A DNA stretch of 64,000 bases. Origin: the human T2T-CHM13v2.0 reference genome, Homo sapiens. Both the position numbers and the translations under genes were made by a program. The stretch is taken from the NCBI RefSeq assembly GCF_009914755.1, contig NC_060925.1; one strand, written 5' to 3'. Shown piece after piece: positions 15,924 to 30,700 of the stretch (positions are counted from its first letter, which is position 1; every line of letters starts with the position of its first letter). The notes beneath the pieces were generated by a model, which made no database searches, had not been told where the DNA came from, and saw only the letters and a program-made list of their open reading frames with translations.

Positions 15924-17050
15924 AAAAACAGGGATGGGTGCCCTAGTGGGGAGATCCATTTGACAGAGTGGGTGCTGAGCCTCATGCAGGAGGGCATGAC
16001 TCACATGAACTAAGATAGTGAAAATTCCAGCAGCTTCAGTGACTGAACACCTTGGCCTGGCTTAGTTGCCATAGGAGGACTGGGATTCAGCTGTACTCAA
16101 TTCCTAAAGCTGGGGAAGAGTGAGTCCAGGAACCACATGCACAGTGGGAGCTTCTAGGATCCATGCTAAGCACTACCAATACTAGCACAGAAGGAATACT
16201 CAGGAAATATTGGTAGCTGCTGCTGCTCTTGCTGTTTGTGTTGTTGATGTTATTATTGTTGAACCACAATCCCTTACCTGCAACTGGGTCCTTGCCTATC
16301 TGTGTAAAAAGGGATTGGACTTGCTAATTTCTAAGATCCTTCTCAGCTGGAAATGTCTATGCTCCTATAGCCATAATATGTAAACGTTCAGTAATGGATC
16401 TTCTTTCCTAAGTAGCCACTTCCTCCACCTTGAAAAACCCTTCAGCCTAAAGGTTCAGATGTGTTCAGTCATTTCTTCATTCTTGCGCCTGGTTCCACAG
16501 TGACAATACCCTATGTGTATTCAAAGATTAAATACTATGTCTACTCAACCAAATATGCTATTACATATTAATTATATGGCTCACATAAAACAGGTTAGAG
16601 TTCCTTGGCAAATTAAAAATATGGCATTTGCAGCATATGGGGAGGCTTTTTTTTAGGCTCTGCATGAGATGAGGCATCTGTTATATTGCCAAGCTGATCA
16701 TTCTATATTCCCTACTCTTCACATTAAGTTCCCTGTTTTAAGAGGCTCCAGAGCCCTCCGCACAACTCCAGATCCCCACTTCTAATCCTTAAACTTACAG
16801 AGCTTTTTCTTTCAAAATTAAAACAAAAAATATGTTTTAAGTATTTGTCTTTTTAAATTTGAGTACATTTCCCTTTATTTTCTTTGAGTTTTGATTAACG
16901 ATGATTATCTCTTTTTTGCAACTCTAAGATGGCTGTGGTTCCATGAAAGGAAGAATATACTTATTATAATTAATATTCTAATTTTAATTCTTATGATTCC
17001 TTCTTTATTGGTAACAAAATGCCTTTATTCCCTTTTTATTTAACCTTCAT

Positions 17051-17051
<1 letters not shown>

Positions 17052-17090
<39 letters not shown>

Positions 17091-17095
17091 ACACA
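17052..17095. repeat. (CA)n microsatellite
   Basis: About 22 CA units with one interruption. Confidence 0.97.
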
Positions 17096-18191
17096 GTTAT
17101 TAAGATGTTTGTATTACTTCCATGACATATGAGGACACAGAGGCTCTGAGAACTGAAGCAACACATCTGAGGTGACACAGGCTCTTGTGTTTCAGTGTGA
17201 CATCCCACAATCCCTGTGCTTCTCTGTCATGATCAGTCGGTGAGTCAGACACCCCACAAGGTTGTGAATATCATGAGGATATAGGAGGGTATCTTATTAC
17301 CCCAGAACTTAGTACACATAGTAACTTCTCAGAAAACATCTGCCAAGGAATGAGAGCTCTGCTTTTCATCGAGAATTGTTACAAATAATATTTCTTTTTA
17401 TCAACACATCAGTTCTTTAACATTGCTATATAATCCTCTTGGTAGAAATGAAGAAATGAATGTGCAAGAAACTAAGCAATGATTTTGACATCCCACAGCA
17501 TGTAAGAGGTAATGAAAGGACATGAATAGGGCTTCTATAGAATGATCAACTTGGCAATATAACAGGTCTTCTGGAACTTACTCCTGAGTTCTTCCCAATA
17601 AGCTACATTGAATTTTTTGAGTATAGTTGTACTTTAGATATGAACAAATACCCTGCCTACATCACAGGCATGAGTCCAGAAATTCTTCTTACACAGATGA
17701 GGTGACACCGTGGTCCTGAGAGGGCTAAGAGAGCTGCAGGAATCCAAGATAAGGACAAAGAGGCCACAGTGAGCTTGGACTTAGTAACCAAATGGCCAAG
17801 ATAGTGCATCCCTGCAGTGGTGTCTCCAAAGATGCTCCAAAGAGCCAGAATGAACAAGTTGCCCCTCAATAATCAACATCCCAGAGGCAAGAGAAGACCA
17901 ACCACAAACCACACAGCCCAGTGAGTGGTCCTTTCCTGGGTTATCCTGGGATCACATGGTCACATCTTTACATGGAGCCACAAAAGAGGAGAAGGGGAGA
18001 GTAAGTTCTGGAAAACTAAACATTTTGGAAAAAAAAAAAAAGAAGAAGAAGAAATCCCTCAAAAGAACTAAAACAAAGATAACTTTCACCATTTAGATGT
18101 TCCTCCTCCCACTCCTGACTGTGAAGCAGAAGAGTGAGTTTCATCAGAAAGATTAGAGACATTATGGAAAATAAAGAAGCTACATTTTCTT

Positions 18192-20707
18192 TTTTTTTCC
18201 CTTTTTATTTATTTAACTTATATTTTAAGTTCAGGTGCAGGTTTGTGCAGGTTTGCTACATAAGTAAACTCGTGTCATGGGGGTTCGTTGTATTGATTAT
18301 CTCATCACCAAGGTATTAAGCCTAGTACTCATTAGTTATTTTCTCTGATCCCCTTCCTCTTCCCACTCTTTACCCTCAGGTAGGCCCCCAGTGTGTGTTG
18401 TTCCCCTTTATGTGTCTATGTGTTCTCATCATTTAGCTCCCACTTATAAGTGAGAACATGTGGTATTTGGTTTTCTGTTCCGGCATTAGTTTGCTAAGGA
18501 TAATGGTCTCCAACTCCATTCATGTCACTACAAAGACATGACCTCATTCTTTTTTATGGCTACATAGTATGCCATGGTGTACATGTACCACATTTTCTTT
18601 ATCTATTCTACCAGTGATGAGCATTTAGGTTGATTCCATGTCATTGCTATTGTGAATAGTGCTGCAATGAACATACTCATGCATGTGTGTTTATGATAGA
18701 ATGATTTATATTCCTTTGGTATATATCCAGTAATGTGATTGCTGTTTGTTTTTAGGTCTTTGAGGAATTACCACACTGCTTTTCACCATGGTGGAACTAA
18801 TTTATACTCCCACCGACAATATATATGTGCTCCTTTTTCTCCACAACCTTGCCAGTACCTGTTATTTTTACCTTTTTAGTAATAGCCATTCTGACTGATG
18901 TGAGATGGTCTCTCATTGCGGTTTTGATTTGCATTTCTCTAATGATTAGTGATGTTGAGCTTTTTTTCATAAGCTTGTTGGCCACATGTGTGTCTCCTTT
19001 TGAAAGTGTCTGTTCATGTCCTTTGCCCACTTCTTAATACAGTTGTTCATTTTTCTCTTGTTAATTTGTTTAAGTTCCTTATAGATGCCAGACACTAGAC
19101 CTTTGTCAGATGCATAGTTTGCAAAAATTTTCTCCCATTCTGTACGTTGTCTTTTTATTCAATTGATAGGTTCTTTTGCTGTATGGAAGCTCTTTAGTTT
19201 AATTAGGTCCCATTTGTCATTTTTGCTTTTGTTGTGATTGCTTTCAGTGTCTTTGTCATGAAATCTTTGACCATTCCTATGTCCAGAATGATAATGCCTG
19301 GGTTGTCTTTCAGGATTTTTATAGTTTTGGATTTTACATTTAAGTCTTTAATCCATCTTGGGTTAACTTTTTTATATGGTGTAAGGAAGGGGTCCAGTTT
19401 CAGTCATCTGCATATGGCTAGATGGTTATTGCAGCACCATTTATTGAAAAGGGAGTATTTTTTCCCATTGCTTGTGTTTTTTGACTTTGTCAAAGATCAG
19501 ATAGTTGTAGGTGTGCAGCCTTTTTCCTGGGCTCTGTATTCTGTTCCATTGGTTTATGTGTTTTTGTACCAATACCGTACTGTTTTGATTACTGTTGCCC
19601 TGTAGTATATTTCGAAGTTGGGTAGCATGATGCCTCCAGCTTTCTTTTTGCTCAGGATTGCCTCAGCTGTTGGGCTTTTTTCTTTTTTTTGGTTCCATAT
19701 AATTTTTAAAAGAGTTTTTTTCTAGTTCTGTGAAGAATGTCATTGGTAGTTTGATAAAAATAGTATTGAATCTGTAAAATACTTTGGGTTGGCCATTTTT
19801 AACAATATTGATTCTGGGATGTTATTCCATTTGTTTGTGTAATCTCTGATTTCTCTGAGCAGTGTTTTGTAGCTCTCCTTATAGAGATTTTTCACCTCCC
19901 TGTTACCTGTATTCCTAGGTATTTTATTTTTTTGTGGCAATTGTAAATGGAATTCCATTCTTGATTTGGCTCTTGGCTTGACTGTTATTGGTGTATAGGA
20001 GTATTAGTGATTTTTGTATGTTGATTTTGTATCCTGAGACTTTGCTGAAGTTTTTTTATCAGTTGAAGGAGATTTTGGGCAGAGACTATGGGGTTTTCTA
20101 GATATGGGATCATGTCATCTGCAAACAGGGACGGTTTGGCTTCCTCTTTTCCTATTTCGATGCCCTTTCCTTCTTCCTTTTGCCCAATTGTTCTGGCCAG
20201 GACTTCCAATACTATGTTGAATAGAAGTGGTGAGAGAGGACATCCTTGGCTTGTGCCAGTTTTCAAGGGGGGTGCTTTCAGCTTTTCCTCATTCAGTATA
20301 TGTTGGCTATGATTTTGTCATAGATGGCTTTTATTATTTTGAGATGTGTTCCTTTAATACTGATTTATTGAGTTTTTAACATGAGGGGGTGTTGAATTTT
20401 ATCAAAAGCCTTTTCTACATCTATTGTAATAATCATGTGATTTTTGTCTTTAGTTCTGTTCATGTGATGAATCACATTTATTGATTTGCATATGTTGAAC
20501 CAACCTTGCATCCCAGGGATAAAGCCTACTTGATCATGGTGAGTAACCTTTTTAATGTGCTGCTGGATTCAGTTTGCAAGTATTTTACTGAAGATTTTTG
20601 CATCAAAGTTCATCAAGGATATTGGCCTAAAGTTTTCTGTTTTTGTTGTGTCTCTGCCAGGTTTTGGTATCAAGATGATGTTGGCCTCATAGAATGATTT
20701 AGAGAGG
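18192..20707 (-). mobile_element. 5'-truncated L1PA (older primate subfamily), 2.5 kb with an intact TSD
   Basis: TSD aagaagctacattttctt at 18174-18191 and 20708-20725; RT motifs [19 protein letters not shown] and SLFADDMI. Confidence 0.96.
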
Positions 20708-20780
20708 AAGAAGCTACATTTTCTTACCACAGTTGAGTCATAATATAGAGTTCAGACTTCCTGCATATTTAAAGATGACA

Positions 20781-21046
20781 TTTTCTTTTTTATATATACT
20801 TTAAGTTCTGAGGTACATATGCAGAATGTGCAGGTTTGGTACATAGGTATACACGTGCCATGGTGGTTTGCTGCACCCATCAACCTGTCATCTACATTCA
20901 GTATTTCTCTTAATGCTATCCCTCCCCTAGCACCCCACTCCCCAACAGGCCCTGGTGTGTGATGTTCCCCTCCCTTTGTCCATGTGTTCTCATTGTTCAA
21001 CTCCCACTTATGAGTGAGAACATCTGGTGTTTGGCTTTCTGTTCTT
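20781..21046 (-). mobile_element. L1PA (PA7/8-like) 3'UTR fragment
   Basis: atactttaagttctg...gccatggtggtttgctgcacccatcaac...gagtgagaacat. Confidence 0.9.
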
Positions 21047-21576
21047 GAAAGCTCCTTTAGAATTTATTCGTTAATCCCCACACCCTGAGAGGACAAAAAG
21101 AGAAAATAATTTCTGCGGGTCTATAGATTTGTCTATTACAGATTATTGCATATTCATTCAAAGAATATTTTTGATTGCCTTCTATAAATTAGACATTGAG
21201 CATAGAACAATGAGAGAAAACAAAAAGATTGTGAATTTACTGTGTAAATTAAAGGTGAGGAGTTTGGTAACTGGTCCAAGGTCAAATAGTTAAACCATAG
21301 AGCCAGGATTAAACTCGGCTAAATCTGACTCAAAAGCCCATAGATTTTCTGTCTCACCATACTAGTTAAATATGAACTACAAAATCATAGAATTTTATGC
21401 TTAGAGGTGTACTACTCTGTTTTTTAAAGCCAGATGGGCAACTTGTTTTATTTAATAAATCTCTAAACTCCCTTAAAGAAGTTTGCATCCCTATGTCTAT
21501 TCGCGTCAGCTAGCTGGTGATGAGGCTGACATTGTTTCAAGAAAACCAAACTGAGCCATAAGAAATTAAATACCAC

Positions 21577-21766
21577 AGTGGTGTTTCTAAAGCATGGTCC
21601 CTGGACCAGCAGCATCAGCCTTACCTGGGGATTTGTTAGAAATACAAATTCTCAGACCACACCCCAGACCTACTGAATCAGAAACTCTGGGTGTGGGACC
21701 CAGCAATCTGTGTTATAATGAGCTCTCCAGATAATGAGTTGTACACTACAGTTTGAGAGCAACTGT
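21577..21766 (+). mobile_element. MER5A (hAT-Charlie)
   Basis: ggaccagcagcatcagc...ttagaaatacaaattctcag...cctactgaatcagaaactctgg. Confidence 0.88.
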
Positions 21767-22789
21767 TCTACAGGCAATGGGGTCCCACTGTGCTAGCTCT
21801 CCTGAACCTCGGCATACCTCAGGATCCTTCTCTACACAGAGACCCAAGAAGCCACTAACAGCATTTCTGAATTGGTGTTTATAAAGAGACCTATTTGCCA
21901 GTTATGGGTAGTTCAACCAACAATTTCACTGATGAGAAAATTAGCTATAGAGATCAAGAGTCGCATATACAAACTCACAGAGCAAAACAGTGGCCAAAAT
22001 AAAGTCAAATCCAGTTTAGTCCTTCCAAACACCACAGTGGTTGGCGGAACCACTGTTTCCTGGTGAGCAGAAACAGAAAAGGGTAGAAGGGAAGGAGTTA
22101 ATAACTTTCATAGGCCAAGATGTGGGTTCTGGTTGAGGAACCAGTGAACAACCAGCGGTTGAGAGGGAATCTGACACCTAGGTTGGGACTAGAATAGGCC
22201 CACATGGAGCAAGGGAGGCAAAAGAGAAATCTGAGCTGAAAATGGAAGGGTATCGCTCTCTCTTACCCTGTTTGGGAGGCCTCCAGCTTCCCCAGATCAT
22301 GCTCTGTTTTGCCATGTGGATGAATTACCTCTCTTTGTGCCTGCTTCCTGGACCCTCCTCTACCCACAGCTGCTGGATCTGATCTTCATCCATCTTCACC
22401 CAGGCCAAGGACCCCAGGGAGCTCTGGGGAGGCTCCAGTCCACAGTAGTAATGAGAAGCAGGACTTCCAGGAGCCCTGCTGCCGATGAGAGTCAGGGAAC
22501 ACGATCACCTAATCGTTGTGAAATTACCAGGTATGACTGAGCAGGTAAAGAATGTTTTGTTTGGCTCAGGATGGGGGGTGAGGGAACCTCATGATTTTGA
22601 ATCCACCAACTTTTCCAAGGGAGCAGTTATTGCTGTATTGGTTTGTTTTTGTTTTGCCAAATCAATGCCATCCAGAATATTCATTCAGTGTATGTATAAC
22701 ACTGCATTGTCTGAATTGGTAGAAATAAATGGAGTCTTTTCACCTTTGATCCAGATGCTAGTATTTCATCCCAGTTGAAATTTCCTTTA

Positions 22790-22975
22790 TGTAACTAGCC
22801 TGATAAGACACTTAATATCTTCAAGCCTCAATTGTTTCAAGTATAAAATTAAGATAATAATTAAGATAATTCCTGCTCTATCCTTATCATAGGATGAGGT
22901 CAACTGAGATCGTGGATATGAAAGTGCTTTGCAATCTGCAAAATATCACACAGATGAAAACTGTATGTTATTACT
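22790..22975 (+). mobile_element. MIR
   Basis: cttaatatcttcaagcctcaattg...tcataggatgaggt...atgaaagtgcttt. Confidence 0.6.
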
Positions 22976-23087
22976 ATCACTGAAAATTTTCTTGACCATC
23001 TTCTATAGGCCCAATTTCATAACATGTGTTGTGGCTACATCTTAGAGCTGATCATTAAAAGGAAACATTCTACCCCTGACATCCTAA

Positions 23088-23437
<350 letters not shown>

Positions 23438-23903
23438 TGATACTTTAATCTCATCAGGACCCTCTAGTTCTTTGTCCCTTATTTTTTCCACTATCAGTTT
23501 CCTCCTGCCAATACTTTCTTTTCTATCCATTGGAACACATAGTCCATCCCTTTAGTTATTTTATTGCTAATGCCTTTATTATCCCAATCTTTTGTTCTCC
23601 TACCATATTGTCAATCAAATTCTCAGTCCTGTGTCAATGTGATCATATACCATCTTCTCTTCTCCCCCTAGTTTCTGAGCATAGTTAGAAGGAATGACAA
23701 AATTAAATAAATAAATGTGTGCCACTCCAAAGTTATGGTCTTTACGTTCAGTTGGGCCTTACCAGCAGAGCAAATATTTCAAATCGTACTCTGGTCAAAC
23801 CACCTTCCTAATTATTGCTCCCTCTTCTCTTAGCAGATAAACTGGTTGACTCTTCAGAGAGAAAATTGAGGCTATCAGGTAAGCACTTGAAAACTCTCCT
23901 TCC

Positions 23904-25478
23904 AGAATCAATATAGTTAAAATGTCCATACTGCCCAAAGCAAACTACAGACTCAATGCTATTCCTATCAAATTACCAATATCATTTTTCACAGCACTAG
24001 AAAAAATTATCCTAAAATTTATATAGAACCAAAAAAGAGCCCAAATAGCCCAAGGATTCCTAGGTGAAAAAACAAAGCTGGAGCCATCGCACTAGCCAAC
24101 TTCAAACTACACTTGAAGGCTACAGTAACACAAACAGTATGGTACTGGTATAAAAATAGACACATAGACCAATGGAGCAGAATAGAGAGCCCAGAAATAA
24201 AGCCACACACCTACAATCAACTGATCTTTAACAAAGTCGGCACAAATAAGCAACAGGGAAAGGACTCCTTATTCAATGAATGGTTCTGGAAAAATTGACT
24301 AACCATATGCAGAAGAATGAAATTGGACACTTACCTCTTACCATATACAAAAATTAACTCAGGATGAATTAAAGACTTACATGAGTGACTTCAAACTATA
24401 TAAATCTTAGAAGAAAACCTAGGAAATACTCTTGTGGACATTGGCCTAGGCAAAGAATTTATGACTAACTTCTCAAAGCAAATGCAGCAAAAACAAGAAT
24501 TGACAAATGGGATCTAATTAAAGTGCCTCTGCACAGCAAAAGAAACTATCAACAGAATAAACAGACAACCTACCGAATGGAAGAAAATATTCACACACTA
24601 TGCATCTGACGAAGGACTAATATCCAGAATCTATAAAGAAGTTAAACAAATTAACAAGAGAAAAACGACCCCATTAAAAAGTGAGCAAAGAACACTAATA
24701 GACACTTCTCAAAAGAAAACCTACAAGTGGTCAAAAATTATGTAAAACAAAAGTGCTCAATATCACTGATCATCAGAGATCATCATGCAAATCATAACCA
24801 CAATGAGATACCATCCTTCACCAGTCAAAACGGCTGTTATTAAAAAGTCAAAAAATAACAGATGTTGGCAAGGTTGTGGCACAAAGGGAATGTTTATACA
24901 CTATTAGTGGGAATGCAAATTTGTTCAGCCCCTGTGGAAAGCAGTTTGGAGATTTCTCAAAGAACTAAAAATAGAACTACCATTTGACCCAGTAATCCCA
25001 TTATTTGGTATATACTCAAAGGAAAATAAATTCATTCAATCAAATAAAATCATTCAATCAAAAAGACATCTGCACTTGTATGTTCATCGCAGCACTATTC
25101 ACAATAGCAAACACATGGTATCAACCTCAGTGGCCATCAATGGTGGATTGGATAAAGAAAATGTGGTACAAATACACCATGGAATACTATGCAGCCATAA
25201 AAGAAAATGAAATCCTGGCTTTTGCACCAACATGGATGCAGCTGGAGGCCATTATCCTAAGTTAATTAACACAGAAACAGAAAACCAAATACCATATGTT
25301 TTCACTTATAAATGGAAGCTAAACACCGGGTATTTAAACATACAGACACAAAGATGAGAACAAATAGACACTAGGAGCTACAAAGGGGGGGCAAGAGCTG
25401 AAAAACTATCAAGTACTGTGTTTACTATTTCGGTGACAGGATAAATAGAAGCCCAGATTTCAGCATCAGGCAATATCT
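23904..25478 (+). mobile_element. L1 ORF2 3' end plus 3'UTR (L1PA16/L1PB-like)
   Basis: [28 protein letters not shown]; CMFIAALFTIANTW...WIKKMWY. Confidence 0.93.
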
Positions 25479-25499
25479 CCTTGGATTCCGTGCCAAACT

Positions 25500-26990
25500 A
25501 ATAGACACCCTTCTCCTATTCAAGGCAAATCTTTCCATCTCTTCTCCCAGTCAATTTTCACCTGATTCCTCTAGAGAGTCCTCCTTCCTGGACATTTAAT
25601 TTCTAAAAGGTTGAAGGAAAGAAAGGAAGTCCACCCTTATGTCTTTGCTAGCACCTGTGCTCATTTCCCTTTTTCTTCATAATCAAATTCTCCCCAAGGA
25701 ATAATCTATAATCACTGCCTTGACTCCCCCAGTTCCCACTCAGTCTCTAATCCATGAAAATCCCATACCTTCTACTGTTATACCAAATCTACCTCAGTTA
25801 AACTTATGGATTATTTGCTAACTCAGTTGACCACTTTGCCACATCTCACCAATACTTAGGATTTGTCTTCTTCTTATAACTCTCTTTCATTGACTTTTGA
25901 GATATGAGTGCTTTCTGAGCTCCTTGACCTATTCTGACATTTCCTTCTTGAACTTTTTAAAAAACACATACTAGATTCTTTATCTCTGCTCCCTGAAATG
26001 GTGAGTTTTTCAAGGCTAATTTGTCTGATTTTTTTTTTTTTGAGCTATTAATACTTCCTTGGTGATTTCATCTCTTTCAGGGGTTTTATGATGATAATTC
26101 TTTCACTGATGGTAATTCTCAATTTTGAAACTCCAAAGTTAAGTGTGCAATCAACTAACTACTGGACATTTCCACCCAATCAATGTGTCCAAAAAAGGAA
26201 TTCAATACCTTTACCCCAAATCTGGCTTTCCTCCTATGCTCCTTAACTTGGTGAATGGCATCACTAGATACCTAACACACTAGAGCTAATTTAGACCTAT
26301 CTCTCCCTCTGACATTGAATTAGCTCTCGAGCCCTGTCCACATCTCTCTCTCCATCTTTTCTGCCTCTGCTTAAATTCATACTTTCACTCTTTCTCCTAT
26401 GGATTTCTGTCATCATTTCCTATTTTATTTTCCTGCCTCTAATATTAGGTCTTTTAACACATTTACCAGGTCAGAGTAATCTTTCTAAAACAAAAATATG
26501 TATATTTATTATTTATTAAGAACATACTATATGTCAGGTATCATGCTAAATTCTTTGCATTCATTGTTTCATTGGAGCCACACAACAACTCTATAGGGGA
26601 AATATTAATATTCACATTTTTCAGGAGAAAAAACAAGTCTTAGAAAAATCATGTTATTTTTCTAATGCCACAAAACTAATAAATGGGCAAATCAGCAATT
26701 AGTCTAAAGCCTCTGTGCTTTATGTCCATCCATTAATATGGTTCTCAATGGCTCAAAGGATAAATCCAAACTCCAGAGTATGCCAACTCCCCAAACACAC
26801 CTGCCTCTACATGAAACTCTTACCCTTCTCACACCTGTTCCTTCTCCTTTACTCCCAGTGAACTCGGTAGAGACCTCCATGAGAGCACTGGTATAATTTC
26901 ATCATATTTGTTCATTTATTTTCCACCTGTGTGTGAGCTTCTTGAGATCACCATTTTGTCTCCAGGACCTAACATTGTCTTTGGCATACA
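25500..26990 (+). mobile_element. L2 fragments, interrupted by a MIR (~26505-26720, minus)
   Basis: actggacatttccac...atgtgtccaaa...ggtgaatggcatcac; tgagcttcttgag...cctaacattgtcttggcatacagta. Confidence 0.65.
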
Positions 26991-26995
26991 GTACA

Positions 26996-27114
26996 CGAGT
27001 TAGCAAACTATAGCCTGTAGCCCAAATCTGATTTGCCAGCTGTTTTTGTAAATAAAGTTTTATTGGAACAATACTACTTCTGGTCATTTACATATTATCT
27101 ATGACTTCTTTTGT
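26996..27114 (+). mobile_element. MER58A 5' half (hAT-Charlie)
   Basis: agcaaactatagcc...tgtttttgtaaataaagttttattggaaca. Confidence 0.8.
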
Positions 27115-27173
27115 AGTATTCTTCCCTAAGAATACTACTAAGTGAAATGACGCATTTAAAGTGTTTAGTACAG

Positions 27174-27487
<314 letters not shown>

Positions 27488-27526
27488 TGAAGTGCTTAGC
27501 ACAGACTCGGATACACAGATAATACT

Positions 27527-27946
27527 TGTTATGGACTGAATGTTAGCTGCTGCCCCACTGCATAAACTCCTATGTTGAAGCCAGTGTATCTGTATTTGGA
27601 AGTAGGGTTGTAAAGGAGCTAATTAAAGTTAAATGAGGTAATAGGGATGAGACCTTGACCTGATAGGATCAGTGTCCTTATAAGCAGAAGTTCTTTCTGT
27701 GTGCTCTCTTTCTTTTACTCTCCTGTACCTTTCCTACCTTGAGAGGGCACGCTAATAAGAGGTCATGCGAGGACATAGTGAGAAGTCATCCATCTGCAAC
27801 CCAAGGGGAAAGCCCTCATCACAAACCAACCCTGCTGGCACCTTGACCTCGGACTTCCAGTCTCCATAACTCTGAAAAAATTAACTTCTGTCATTTAAGC
27901 CACCCAGTCTATAACATTTTGTTGTGGAAGCCTAAAAAGACTAATA
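27527..27946 (+). mobile_element. MLT1A/B-type MaLR solo LTR
   Basis: tgttatggactgaat...gtatttgga...cctgctggcaccttgacctcggacttccag...gactaata. Confidence 0.85.
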
Positions 27947-28536
27947 AAAACTCAACAAACATTATTTTCTAGTATTATTATTATAATTGCTACCATTATC
28001 ATCATCATAGGGTCATTGTTATTATTATCATTGTTATTTTTGACATAGTACATACAGTCCTTGATATTTTAGGCAGTTAATACCTTTTGTTATTATTAAA
28101 ATTGATATTAAATTTAAAAATTATCTGGACTACTTAAACCAATAACCATTTTCTAAGTTTCAGGAAGTCATCTGTATATTTGAGACAAATATGACCTTGT
28201 TTTAACCACAGCTCCCTGAGATGAACAGAATAAGGGGTATTTTTCCTGTTTTTCAGAAAAAAAAATGAAAATAGAGGATAATGGAAGTAAAGGCATGTGT
28301 CTATGGTCAACTAGCTAGGTCTGGCTGGAGCCAGGATTTGAACTGTATCATTTAAATCTTAGACCAAAACAGAGGCCTCGACTGTGTCATCATCATTGAG
28401 TCTTAAAACTAACATGGAAGCAGATGTCAGAAGACCTGGATTTCAAGACAAATTCTGCCAATTCCTAATCATGTGACATTGTCCTAGATATTTAACTTAT
28501 TCATGCTTTAATTTCTCAGACCATTAACTGGAGGTT

Positions 28537-29030
28537 GCAATAGTCAATGTCCTAGCAGGAAACTGATGGTGCACACAAATGGGATGAGTGAAGACAGGTT
28601 AATGAATAGAGTACTGCAAAGGTGTGGACAGGGTTGGGGAAAACCAACACAACATGGTGAATTATGTGGAGAAGGGGGCAGCTAGCAACAGCAGGGAGCC
28701 ACTTCCACTCCTAGGCCCCAAGGTTTGAGAGTTGTACCTGGAAGGAGCTCTAGCTGGAACCTGAAGCGTAGGACCTCCTAGAAGAAGCTGTGACCTTTGG
28801 AAGAGGTGTGCAGCCAACCCAGAGTCTAACATTATGGATTTCAAAGAAATGAATACTCGGACCTCACGTTCTTTTTTTTCTCTAATTATCTGCTTGTGTT
28901 CCCCATTAACATTAACCAAACAAATAAGGAGCCGAAGACATTGGAGCCCACTGTGTTCTACAGATCAGTCCCCTGGGGCACAGAGCAGGGTAGAGAAGAG
29001 TAAGAGTAGATCCAGAGGGGAAAGGAAAAT
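28537..29030. mobile_element. Ancient LTR-like element, subfamily uncertain
   Basis: Similar to 51611-52090 (caggaaac...ggcagggtt...agcaacagcagggagc...actcctagg). Confidence 0.5.
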
Positions 29031-29819
29031 ACCCAACATGAACGATAATTACTCTATCTGCTCCCCCAGAGTTATTGTGAATGTACATTGTCATTTCTCA
29101 GGTACTAAGAAAACATAAAGCATTGAGAGTGTTTCTAAAACACTCTCAATATAAACAATCTCAAGATAAGACTGTTCTTACCTTGTTAATTTTGCCATTC
29201 TATCAACCTGCAAGATAGTAATTTCCATCCTCTATTTTGCCAGTGAAGAAATACATAATTAATCTCAGAAAGGTTACTTTTCACCCAACTGATTGCTGTT
29301 CAAGTGTTAATCTCTACAGCTCTAAAATCTTTCCTCATTTTCCTATTTCAGGCCCATTTTCCTTTTTCTCTTTACATATGAACCCATCAGTTGTAGCTCT
29401 AATGAAACCTTTATTTCCAGAATCTTTGGACTTTCTGTATATCCCTTTATACCTGGCAGCACAATAGTATGTGCAGACAAGTTTTATCAGGCATTTTTGA
29501 TGAGCTTTCATTCTTAAATTTACCCCTGCAGACCTCCCAAAGACAAGTGCTGAATTTGTTTTTGAAGCCCTCCCTATGGCTGGAGCTAGCCGGTCTATTT
29601 TGATACAGGGTGTGGAGGCTTCCCTGGCTGTATCACACCCACCTAGATAAGGGAGACAGGATGCCACACGACCTTCTGATATTTGCCAAAGAACAGACCA
29701 GTAGGGGAATCAAGAGAGCATGGGTGTGCCTAGTTAATCAGGCAACGCAGACTAAACAAGCCTCCACATTTCCTTCCTCTGGGTTTTAATGAAAGTTCTT
29801 TCTAACCAAGAATGAAAAC

Positions 29820-30700
29820 AGTCATTTGTTCATTCAACATTCGCTGAGCACCTGACAGGCCTTGTGCTGGGCACAAGAGATGAAGAGACAAATGAAATAC
29901 AATTCTTCTCCTCAAGGAGTTCAAAGTCAGGCAGGCAAGACAAACACATAAATAGACAATAAAAATACAAGATGGTGAGTATTCTAACAACTTTGAACAG
30001 AGGTCTAAGAAAAAGCAAGGTCCTTTGTCTGGTACTTGGAGAAGCCTCATCAAAGAGCTAACACTGGAGCTGGGTTTTAAAGGAAAAGTAGGGAATTATC
30101 AAAAACAGATAAGAATTATAGTAATAATTCTAGAAACTTATTGACTGCCTTTCATGAACTAAAACATAGGCCTTTATCATTAACTCTCACGTCAATCATA
30201 TTCTAGAAACAATTAAGCTGGAGCTCAGAAAAGAAACAGCATGTCCAGATTCACAAAGGTAGGAAATGGCAGAGCTAAGTCTCATGCCAGGTTTTTCTGG
30301 CTCTAAAAACTCTTTTATTTCAATACTGCTATTCCAAATGGAGATAAGAGAGGCAGAATGATACCTTCAGGGAAAAGTGAGGTTTTGAGACTAGCTGAAA
30401 CATAAAGCCCTGGGGGAAAGGGCTGGGAACAGAGGCTGGAAGATGGCAGTAAGCTCAGATATTAAAAGGCCTCACATGTGTCACCCCATTTAGATTGTTT
30501 TGTAATTATTGGGAAGCCATAATCATATTTCTAATTTATAAATGTCATTCTAACAGAAGTGAAGAGAAAAATTGGAGGCATATGGAAGACAAGGAGACCA
30601 ATCAAAAAGCTGTTGTCTTCTTCCAGGCCAGAGACATTTGAGACCTGAATGAAGAATGTATTTAGTGAGCATACAGATTGCAAAATCAATATGAGTTGGA
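29820..30700 (-). mobile_element. L2 3' fragments with an inserted MIR (~30120-30330)
   Basis: cattcaacattcgctgagcacctgacaggccttgtgctgggc; ctggagctgggttttaaagga. Confidence 0.65.

Noticed and set aside
22440-22540. Possible exon ending at CAG/GTATGA (similar isolated donors at ~9587 and ~53939)
   Set aside because: No convincing paired acceptor or coding signal; isolated splice motifs are common by chance.
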